NCBI GenBank assembly: GCA_000934665.2
Contig: JYFJ02003215.1
Location: forward strand, 1-45,283
Reading direction: 5' to 3'
Source: Catajapyx aquilonaris
Lineage: Eukaryota
Length of the DNA stretch: 45,283 bases
The notes under the pieces were generated by a model. The model was not told the DNA's origin and did not search any database. It saw only the letters and a list, made by a program, of their open reading frames with translations. Of this stretch, positions 12,901 to 23,444 are shown one piece after another (within the stretch, counting starts at the first letter, position 1; each line of letters begins with the position of its first letter). The position numbers and the translations under genes are program-made.

Positions 12901-15900
12901 GTGGTATAGGGGGAGGAAGACAGAGAAAAGGATGACGTGGGGGGAAATGGAAGGCGAAAGGTGCGTCCGATTTGCTCTGCGTCTCTAGAGCCGCAGAGCT
13001 CAACAAGTGGGATCAATAAATCGATTCCTTGGTTTCCCCGTCGGCCATTGATTTACCATTGATAGTCTTCCCTCGGCGGTCACCAATGAGTGACCACTAC
13101 ACGATCACCAGGGAAGCAAGTCCCTCGAGTTTTTTTTCCCCCCCTTCTTTTTTTTCTTCTTTTTCTTCCAGGGAGGATTGGAGGTTAGGAGTTTGCTCGG
13201 CCTCCGCTCTCGCCCGCAGGGATTAAAGGGACTCTCCCGGGCTTAATTGGGAAACCTGCGCCGGATTCAGGGCTGTGAAGCCCCCAAACACATGGACACC
13301 GACTAGTCCACAAGTCCCTCCGACGCGTCATAATCAGACCAAAAGCCACCCCCTCCTTTTTTTTTAGAACTTGGCATGACACTTACCGGATGTTTCCCCA
13401 AGTTGTCGGTGCTGTACCAGTCGGTCATCACTCCATGGGTCTTGCCTTCTGTAATTAAGAAAATTTAAGATAAATTTCTTGATCATAAAGAATAGGATAA
13501 AATCAGGCTTTGTTGTAATTACAGGGTAGAGGGGAGGGTAGTCGAGGATAAGGAGGACAAAATGGAAGTGGATGAGAATAAAATCGAGTTAACCCGTTAG
13601 TGCACAAGAGTGCTCGGCTATAACAGGAAAAGTAAATAATGAAAAGAGCACTTGGAGTAAGGAGAAGGACTTTTTCCGAGGGGGGGGGGGGGNGGAAAGA
13701 CATTTTTGGCCTTGCCTTCTGTTCGCTTGTCCACAGCTCACACTCTCGGCGTCTTATACTTTGGCTGTTACCATTTCAAAACACGTCTTGACGGGCCTGT
13801 TCCCGGCAGTCAAACATCTTAAAGACAAAAAAAAAGACAAATTCAACGCCGAGGGATGAACAAAAGACACCTGACAGTGAATGACAGACATAAGTGCTGT
13901 GCGTAAACGTACACATTATTGCAACATGCCATCAACTGGATGCAAATGTATGCAGAAAGGTGTGAAATTGTTTTTCTCATTTCTACGTCTCACACTTTCA
14001 TCAGCCCTGCAATTATTCATGAAAAGTGTAGAAACGTAGCTTAAGGAACACAAGGTAATTCAGTGAACTTACCCTCTTAATATCTGTCAGCATTTGACAG
14101 GTTTTGCAATAAGTTTGCAACCAGTGCAAATATGGCTGATAACATATGTTGTTCAAATGTATGGTAATTAGTCGCATATATTTATATAAATTTAGAACAG
14201 TTGGTTCCAGAAGTGTTGCGCAGTTCGTTAAAATATGCACGTACTTGGGGGGCGCCAATGAGTCACCCTCTCCACGTCGAAATCAACGCCAATCAACGTA
14301 CACCAACGTCGCTTAAAAACACCTAGAACACGCAACAAATTCAATCCATAGCCAGAAGCAAAGCCTTTTCATGAAACATGCCCCCCCTCTTACATCATTA
14401 CACCCTAGAGCCAAAGCTGCCACTGCAGGGCCATTTTCGCCCCACTTTAATTATTTCGCGGCATGGAGCGACTACGTCTTCTTCGCTTTTTCTCAATTCA
14501 TCAATAAATCGTTGGAAAGATTAGGGCGCGACAGTGCGCAAGTCCCAGCTTCCCCACGCCTAATGAAACACATGCATCATGTCTGGCCCTCCTAGGCTGG
14601 GAAATAAAAACAAACCCGCGACCACCAACCTGCTTCAAATAAATCCAGCCCAGAGCCCTTCATATTCATTATTTAAAAAAACGAGCTCATTTTGCAGGAA
14701 CGTAAGTGCAATACATGAAATATTTCGTCATAATTACGCGCCTTTTTCGACAGTAATTAAGCCCCTTTTACTTTAAAATGTACATGTCGCTACATTTTAA
14801 TACATAATATTCACGCTCTGCTACCATTTCTGAGCACCGTTGCATTTTCCCTTTTTCGTATCCCCTCCACAAAGGTTGCATCTACTAACACATGCCAGCA
14901 GGCCAGCATAATTATTCCGTGTGACGTTGAAAACATGAGGACAGGAGGTAATAAGGCGTGCTCCACACATTAAAAAAAAAAAACGAGAGTACAGCCCAGC
15001 TAAAAGTGGTGGCGTCCGAGAAAATATAACTCATGCGAGCATGAAAAATGGGCAAATCCTGGAGTAGTAGTCGACGTCGATTGTTTCCAGCACTGTTAAC
15101 TGGGAAGCTTACCGGAAGCTCTTTAGTTGGGGCTCCCGAGTTGAGAACTCGCAGTCCATTTCCTGGAAGCCCAAGGCTCGCTCTTTGTCACCGTCCAAAA
15201 AAAAACCCTTGCCACTCGCCATTAAATTAATCCGGACCATATGAAGCTATATTTATCTATATTTAATTACACTGTCTGGACATTGTTGTATTCTATCTAC
15301 CAAGATGTAAACACCTCGTAGGTATGATGCTGTGAGGTGTTAAACCCCACCCTTGATAAATCTGGTGGGACAATAGTGTAGGTGTGGGTTGTCCTAGAGG
15401 TGTGACTGGGAAGGTCCAGACGGGGAGGCTGCAGGGGGTCAGGGTTGGGCCCGTCTCGATGGAATAAGGCTAAAGAGATGATCGTTCTAGGATCAGACAA
15501 GAGAGAGGCGGAGAAGGTGAAGATAGCGAGGCCTCCCCACGTGCCCGACCGGTTCTTCTTCCTTTCTTTTCACCCCTCTTTTTTTTTCATTTCATCATCC
15601 CCCTCCTCCTCACTATCCTTCCCATCTACTTTTCGTGCATGCGAGATGCCCATTAAGTGCCTTGGGAGGTGCCACATGACAGCCCTCCCACAGCTGCTCA
15701 TATACTCAATTGCACAGTATTCCTTCACGTGCTGCCAGGAATGACACAAATTCGCATTCACACTATACCCTAGTGAGTGCTGAAGTAAATGTCCATTTAG
15801 AATCATATCGAATGTGCACATGGCATTAAGCAAAATTTGATCAGAACATACTGAGACATTAGACGATTTGCCAGTACCTAATAGCGGGCAAAACTTGTTC

Positions 15901-17192
15901 AGAACCAAAAAGTGCCGTTTGTTTTTAATTACAAACAGGAAAGGTAAGGTTATGATTAATGAACCAGTTTCATTAGGCAGTTTAATTAATAGCGCATATG
16001 AAACAAGGACTCGACCATGTATGAAGACAGATAAAAAAAAAATGAAAAATACTGCAACGCGAAACCGGTTATTCAATAACTCAATGCTCATGTCATCTGC
16101 TTCAGATCTTTCATGGTAATCCTCGGACCCCTGACATCACAATGGACGTTAATGTCCTGCATCACCTCAGGAAAAAAAAAATCCAGAATAGTATAAAAGA
16201 AGAAGAGGGTAAGGGGAGAATTTCACAAGAGGCTTCAGAAGCTTGATCCTGAACTGGTTTGTGATGCCCGTTTCCCCTTCACGACATTACCAAGCAGCCA
16301 CCCACACACCTTTTCCATTATATGTTTCTTCCTCCAGCCGTCAAGACATGGAAGGGGTTCCGGGTGTAACCAACGGTCGAAAATCTGAAACATTTTCAAA
16401 CCAACAAATCCCAACCTCCAATTAATAATTGTTGCCTCATTACCCCCTCCTACTTTAAACCACTCCCTTTTTTGCACCCTGTGGATGAAAGGGGGTGTAT
16501 ATAGGTTGGAAATGGGTATTGTGCTGCCTAATAATCCTCTCCTGGAAAATGAAGGCACGGAGCGGAAAATTCCTGATGACGTTTTCCTCCGTTTGAATCG
16601 TGCTTCTCTCTTCTCTTTTCTCTCTGTGTTATTCGCTGCGCTTGGTTCAAGTGTTTGGCTTCGTCCCGAGTGACCTTACCCCCAGATGGAGCAGGATCCT
16701 TTTCATGAAGCTCCCATCTCTTCCAACGCACATAATTAGGCCGACACATAGGTTAGAAGCAGGTTCTTGGCCCTGCCCAAAACGATCATTCCTGGCAACA
16801 AGTCCTTCAACTTGGCCCATATGAACAACAATTTCCAACCCCCAACCATATAGGATGTTAAATTTTACATGAATGGGACAAAAATGCTATTGGCTACACG
16901 CACTTCAAGTATGGCCGTGAAAGATAGCCATCAAGATCCGGATAGGACAGCACGAGTTCAACAATCACATCCTGTCCAATTGTGACCCACTGATGCCCCT
17001 TCGTGATGAGCGAATCTCAACAGGAAGCAGGAACTAGCGCACTAAAGTCCCCATGGGCTTGATGACATCCGTCTACAACGTTAAAGGACGTGTTATTCAC
17101 GCACTCTACAATCGTGCTTTGATGTCATGCACACGCCAAAATACACATAAATTGGGGGCATTTTCAAGAGAATTTCTGGAAATTATGTGATA

Positions 17193-17371
17193 CACTGTAA
17201 ATCACGTACCGCCGGGTACTGACCATACAATCTTTCAGATGTACTGACATGTACCAATTCGTGTACCGACTTGAACGTCAAATTCCGTCTAAAGTACTGA
17301 CTTGACGGTATTTGTTGATCACAAAGTACCACCTCCAAGTCGGTACATGAATCGGTACATAAATTACAGCG
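17193..17371 (+). mobile_element. Non-autonomous DNA transposon (MITE), CACTA/EnSpm-like, copy A
   Basis: Left end CACTGTAAATCACGTACCG (17193-17211) vs reverse complement of the right end CGCTGTAATTTATGTACCG (17353-17371), 15/19 identical. Interior has repeated GTAC(T/C)GAC units. 17304-17336 matches 18650-18682 at 31/33. No clean target duplication (TA left, AG right). The superfamily call rests only on the CACTG terminus. Confidence 0.55.
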
Positions 17372-17564
17372 AGTTAATATATTTTCATTCCCATAAAATA
17401 TGGAATTTGATCAAAAAAGTAGCCTTTTTCCTCCCCTGGCTCCTTACTCCCCATCTCCCCGCCTCCTTCCCCCTCTGGTCAGTTCCATTCCTCTGCATAG
17501 GCAAGGGACACTAAGAAGTTCCTTCAGCTCTTCCTGCGATCCCTGGGCCCCGTCATAAAGAAGT

Positions 17565-17669
17565 ATTGATTTATTAATGGTAGATACGTTGGCAAGGGGA
17601 GTGGGTGGGAGGGGGGGTAGAAGGAGGGGAGGGTTGGAAGGAAGGAGGGGGAGGAGGAGATAAATCAAT
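17565..17669. promoter_or_regulatory. Inverted pair of ATTGATTTAT (Pbx/Hox- or Onecut-type) motifs flanking a G-rich purine tract; candidate enhancer core
   Basis: ATTGATTTAT at 17565-17574 and its exact reverse complement ATAAATCAAT at 17660-17669. GTCATAAA (posterior Hox/Cdx-type) lies at 17552-17559. Confidence 0.35.
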
Positions 17670-18491
17670 TCCTTAGCCAAAGGCGATTGTGGCCGACTAA
17701 GCAGGGTAAGCAAGGCCCCACTAGCGAGCAGCCTGGATGCAGACCTTTCAGGACTCATTCCAACCTATCGATAAAGCTCTTCTTTCTGTTTCCACGGCTT
17801 ACGTGTTTCAACGACTGTCATTGATTGAACAGCAAGAAAAAATTAACGCCAAGAGTGCACGTTTTAGCATACACCAAAAAAATCCCTCCGCAAAAATCTG
17901 TGGTCCAAATGGATTGCGGTTTGGACCAGAGTACACACAAAAAAAGAGAAATGTGGACCAAAGTTGGCAAATTTCACGAGACATACGTAAGGGAGTGGAA
18001 AGACAAATGCCCCTGTCAGTAGGACAAGGAAGGAGCTAATTTCCTGCAAGTAAGGAACGTGGACTGCTTCTAGAAAGCACCTTTCTTTCCCCCCAAAAAA
18101 GCAAGAACAAAAAATATGTCATCAGCAATAGATAAAACATGGCAATAGTGGAGCTACCACCTGTTTAGGGTGCGACATTAAAAAAATAGATGGCAAGGTC
18201 AGGGTTCAGGTTGGGGTGTCACTCACACAAAATACCCTCGTGACTGGCGGCCACTGCACACAAGGCGCCTCGACGCCTCATGCGTATCTACGACTCTATC
18301 TATGGGGTGTGTGTGACAAGCTCCCATAAATCCGGGTTGGCATAACAGAAACATGCTTGAAAATAATTAGAAGAGTGATTGCTAATCGTCAAGAAAATGG
18401 GGACCAAAACGCAATCTCATGTCAGATATACGCACTTGGGGCATTACGTGTTCATATGTAAACACACACGATCTTTGGCTGGTCCTGTATA

Positions 18492-18689
18492 CACTAAGTC
18501 ATGTACCGGTACTGATTCTGGAGGTGGTATTTTGTCATCAACAAGTACCGTCTACGAGTACTGACTTGTAGACAGTCCATCGTTCAAATGTACTGATTTG
18601 AAAATGGTACATCACGATGTACCTACTCGGACGTCAGAAATACCGTCTAGACGGTACTTGTTGATCACAAAGTACTACCTCCGACAGTG
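18492..18689 (+). mobile_element. Non-autonomous DNA transposon (MITE), CACTA/EnSpm-like, copy B
   Basis: Begins CACTA (18492), ends CAGTG (18685-18689), with TA on both sides (18490-18491, 18690-18691). A 35-bp subterminal inverted repeat at 18520-18554 / 18648-18682 matches at 32/35. Interior is homologous to 17193-17371. Confidence 0.6.
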
Positions 18690-18924
18690 TACGCTAATTT
18701 GGTTGAAAAACAACTGTTATCACAGGGTATCACAAAGCAATAGCAGTTTCGTACATATAATTTTTTTTTTAAAAAAATAAACAAACGCAAAAATAATCAA
18801 CACGCTCAGAACAACTCCAATCGACTAATTAAGGCAAATAAAAGTGAGTAAAAAGCAAAGGGAGTAAACGTGTGAATTGCCCTGAAGCATCAAGTGCAAA
18901 AATTTGGCCAGCAAGCAGCAAGTT

Positions 18925-18944
18925 TCATGCCCTCCAGTGGCGCT
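18925..18944 (-). promoter_or_regulatory. CTCF-like motif
   Basis: Minus strand reads GCGCCACTGGAGGGCATG, one mismatch from the CCAC(C/T)AG(G/A)GGGC(A/G) core. Confidence 0.3.
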
Positions 18945-19524
18945 TTGAAAAGCAGCAGAAAATTCCGTCGGCATCCACTTAAAATCCAGGGCGTTGAGGA
19001 GATTTGAATCATTAGGCGAAGCTGTTAATAAAAGGGCGGAAGCGGGGCAGAAATGAGCGGTCTTAGTCTTTAAAAAGACCCCCCCTCATTGCGGCTTATC
19101 CGCCATTTAAGGCCTCGAGAAATGAATGGCCCCTAATTTGCGATCAACTAACTCCTCCCGGGTAAAAAAAAAAGGAATCCTGGAGAAAACAAGGCGTGCT
19201 ATTATAATTTCTGCTTTTCCGGGCTCTCTCTCTAAGTTGTGCAAATGAATGCTGAATTGATTAAGGCAGCCCTCGAGAGCAATTAAGACTGCTAAATGAT
19301 TCGTCGCCTTCCATTCATTCTCCAGCTGGCAGATTTTAAAGCTGGGAAAGTACTCCTGTTTTTCCTGCTCTTAATGCTGCTATTTCAACAAACTGACTGG
19401 GAAAAAAAGGAAGTGGTTAAAACTTTAATTTTTCTTGCAGCTGTCTCACACCTTTTCTCTTGTGGCTATGCTCATTAAGTGAATGACAATAATTACACAG
19501 TATCATCGCCATTAAAAGGTACTA

Positions 19525-19924
19525 ACAGTACAATAATTGTTCTGAATATGTACAGTACATAATTTTATCTAAATACTGTATGTACAGTGCAATATTTTAT
19601 CTAAATACTGTATGTACAGTGCAATATTTTATCTAAATACTGTATGTACAGTGCAATATTTTATCTAAATACTGTATGTACAGTGCAATATTTTCTCTAA
19701 ATGTATACACTGTACAGCAGCCCACAATATTTTTCCAAATATTTCCTCTAAATATGTACAGTACAATATTTTTTTAAATATTTTCCATTATAAATATCTA
19801 AATAGGTATGTACAGTACAATATTTTTTAAAATATTTTCCATTATAAATATCTAAATAGGTATGTACAGTACAATATTTTTAAAAATATTCTCTATTATA
19901 AATATCTAAATATTGCAATATTTT
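19525..19924. repeat. AT-rich minisatellite with 32-bp and 54-bp periods
   Basis: Four perfect copies of TTTTATCTAAATACTGTATGTACAGTGCAATA (19563-19690), then three near-identical 54-bp units starting at 19753, 19807 and 19861 that share the TATGTACAGT(G/A)CAATATTTT and TCTAAATA cores. Confidence 0.95.
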
Positions 19925-22900
19925 GTTGATTGTGCCAGTTCAATATGATGTTAACTGGAGTGTCAGTGATGGCAGGCACTTGTCAGGACATTCAACTGTC
20001 CGGGACAGCCTTGAGGGAGACGAGTTGACATTTCTCCCGGGATGGTGGACACACAACCTTCCTAAAATTACAACCCTTTAATTTTCATTCTGGACCCAAC
20101 GGGTTGGACAAATAGGTCCGAGTACATATCCAGGGCCTGGTTATGGACATGCCCTGATGGAGGTTTTCTTCAGCTCGACATGTTACGGATTAGCACTGTG
20201 GACAACCCCCCCCCCCCCCCTTAAAAAAACTGAAAATTGCTTCTTCTAGACTGGCATTAAGGAAATGCAGAGTTTCTCATCTCATTCCGCATACATTTGG
20301 CCTAATGCCGCCACAGCCATCCTCAGATGCCTCTCTGAATATTTCATCATTGACTCACACTGCCTGATGAGTTTGTGCCTGGGCGGACTCTACGAATCTC
20401 TCTCTAACCAGACTAATACGGAATGCTCACTGCACTCCTTTCTATTTCTTTTTGCGCTCATTTGCAATGCAATGCCGCTGCTGGCTTGATTCAAACAACT
20501 GCGCCGAGCCATCAATTGCACCTGCTATAATAACACCGGGGATTTGTACACCTCTTCGGTTTTGCATAATTTTGCCATTTCGGGGGGAAACCTAGGAGAT
20601 ACTCTTTTTTTTTGCGAATGTGATGAGACTCAGGCTTCTTTCAGTCAATTAAATTGCAGGAAGATTTATGTGAGGAGACTGGTATACATTGAATCAAAGG
20701 GTTATTATTGTAGCTGTGTTCCATATTAAATAGTATTAAAGTTGATGCAATATTCAATTAAATTATAATAGCTCTACTTCATTGCATATGGTTTGGCACT
20801 ATAGACACTAAAATAATGTACATTTTTTGCTCCCAGCCCAATTCGACTAATTTTGTAAATTAATGTGACAAGCGTGTTGATAGTTTCATTAATTATTAAT
20901 CGAATCAAAATCTGGTTTTATAAGGCGGTACGCCGCCAACCATAAAACCATCTGTTTTTCACCACAAGATCTACCTGCTAGAGGCCTAGTTGATAATTCC
21001 GCTCAGGCAATTGTGGCGCTCAGGATTTCAGAGATAATGAGAACCAGAATAAACATGACTGGCACCGCTCGCTTCCCACAAAGGCACAAAACCCCGGCCG
21101 TGATTAAAAAAATAACAGGGAACGTAAAAAAAAACGAAAAAGGGTGTAAAAGACCAAAGGCGACGGATCCGAAATAGGAAGCGCCAACCCCATGTTTACC
21201 TCGTCATCACGCACCAATCCCTATAATAGAAGGCGAGAAAAATGAGCCTGGATGATAAACCCGCTTAACAAGGTTCGCACCTTCTGTCTGATGGTCAACA
21301 CTCTTTACAGGAAATTGGGGCCCTTTTGACCCGGTTCCTTCTCACGCACTGTATCCATCCAGTTCTAGCCACAATGTGATGTACTGAACAGAGCACAAAA
21401 AAAATAAGAGCATGATGCTGAATACTGTAATCTATACATGTAACGCAAATTGTGAGCGAGTATTGACTAGTATTACGCAATATTGACATTGTATCATGTA
21501 CAGTACATGTTCATTTATTAATGCAACAGGTTTGTCAATTTTGTATTCAAAAATGTATCGGAAATGCAACATTTGTCCATCGGTGACACGAGCCATCTAG
21601 TGGTCATTCATGGCGGTTTAGAGCCATACGATCCGCAATAAGCCAGCAAACTCGAATTTTCTGTCTTCCCAACCTCCAACCGGTCAAGCAGCCTCCAAAA
21701 TTTTTTTCCCTCAAACATGACTATGCACAGCGCAAACTCCTCACAACCTCCCCCCAAAAAACATGGTGGTAGAAAGAATTGGGGAGCCTCCCTTGTCCTC
21801 CCCACCTCCCCACCCCTCCTTCATCTTCGTCTTCATTAACATCTAATCCCCTCAGCCCCCCTTTTTCGCCTAGCCCGCTCTCCTTTCTCATTTCTCAGCC
21901 CAATCTCCATGTAATTTTTATCGGCGGAGCTTTTCCCTTCGCTTTGGGCCCGAAAGTGCAAATTAGGCCTACCTGCTCCACCCCCCCCCCTCCCCCGCCT
22001 TCCTCCCCCCTCCCTCTCCCTGCGCCTCCCTTGCTCTTTTTAGCTGAGCTCTCTGCCATCTCACGGATCCGTTTAAAAAAAAATCAATATCTTCTAACTT
22101 CACGTGGAGACCAGCAGAATCGTTGCGGATGACAAAAGCAAGGGGGAGGGGGGGAGGTTGAGGGAGGGCTCCCTCCCTTTTTTCCCCCTCCTTCCCCCTC
22201 TTCCTCCCTACCCTCCACTAGCACTCACTCCGGAGGCCTTCATAACCTATGCAGTCAACCGTTCATCGATTTTTTTCCAGCTAGACTACAACACGGACCA
22301 TGTAGACCACAGCCTTCGTCCAGAGAGACAGAAGAAGAAAAGAATAAGGAAGGATGCTGGCCAGGATTTTTTTTTGTATAACCCCCATATGCAAACATTA
22401 TAATTAATATTCATATTCAGTATTAATATTACTGTTCATATAATTATAAGTAATGGAACGTCAGATGTGGCGAAGTTGGTCCGAGATATACCATTTATTT
22501 AAGACCTGTTGCAATATCCGTTGAAGCCTTGAATCCACCTGTGCCAACGGATTTCTGGTACTATTCTACCACCTTTCAGACAATACTTAATGCCTGAATA
22601 TCAGAGGGATGGGGACGGAAAAGGGGGAGGGATAAAATGGTTAGCTGCTATCCCCAAGTCCATATCGATCAACCCAGATCCAGGTCCTTGTTCCTGTATC
22701 AATGCAAAAAGGCAGGCACCTGCAGATGGCTTCAGAAGGTTTTTTTTAAAAAAAACTTCATGTGTTACACCAACAATACGCCACGTGGCTTGTCCGGTAG
22801 CGTGTTGTCCCCTCCTAGCAATACCCACATAATCTGTCCATAAAGAAATTCCGGGCATCATTTAGACACCGCGGCTCGTGATCCGGCCAGAAAATGTACG

Positions 22901-23274
22901 AGCCGCTTTTGGCACGATGGGAGTGGCTTATCAAGGGTAAATTAGTGGCGGCACTTTGCCTATAAACTGCTGACCGTTAATTACAAACCCGCGAACAAAG
23001 ATTATGGATCCGCCAACGACTCGCCGGCTCAAGCAAAATGGACAAAAGCCCTAGCCCCCGCACACGCGTCGATACGTCCCACAATGCCCCTCGGCTTTTT
23101 ATTGCCTCTGTTTCTATCCCTTTGCGCGCCCCCGGTTTTATTACATTAATGCAAGACCTGCAACCAGAACCGGGTTTTTTTTTTCGGGAGGCCAGACTAC
23201 ATTGAATTAATTAACTTTACAGGCAAAGGCAACCGGCTAAAACACAACAATGCATCAGCTTATAGTGGTTCCTA

Positions 23275-23444
23275 CACTAAAACCTATGAAGTTGGACAAC
23301 CCTAACATGTTGGACACTGGCAAATATTATCGCTTTCAACGACATATCCACAAGTCAACAACAGTGAAACTGGTGAAGTTGGACACCTCCATACGTTAGA
23401 TATTTCCTTGTAACCGCCAGCGTCCAACTTCACAGGTTTGACTG
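23275..23444. mobile_element. Tc1/mariner (pogo/Tigger-like) MITE, 170 bp
   Basis: Left TIR CACTAAAACCTATGAAGTTGGAC (23275-23297) vs reverse complement of right TIR CAGTCAAACCTGTGAAGTTGGAC (23422-23444), 20/23. TA on both flanks (23273-23274, 23445-23446). A third internal TIR-like copy lies at 23362-23384. Confidence 0.75.

Noticed and set aside
18196..18208. AGGTCA-g-GGTTCA nuclear-receptor DR1-type site
   Set aside because: A single short match without supporting context. I noticed no DR5/DR2 retinoic-acid element, though the search was by eye.
19563..19690. 32-bp direct repeats as a CRISPR array
   Set aside because: The units are head-to-tail with no unique spacers, there are no cas genes, and the context is eukaryotic.
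19975..20232. Cluster of GGAC(A) motifs beside the minisatellite, possibly a hAT-like relic
   Set aside because: No terminal inverted repeats or target duplication could be defined.
20364..20398. CTGATGA followed by a stem-loop (hammerhead-like core)
   Set aside because: The required GAAA does not follow stem II and no stems I/III are evident. The other CTGATGA sites checked fail likewise.
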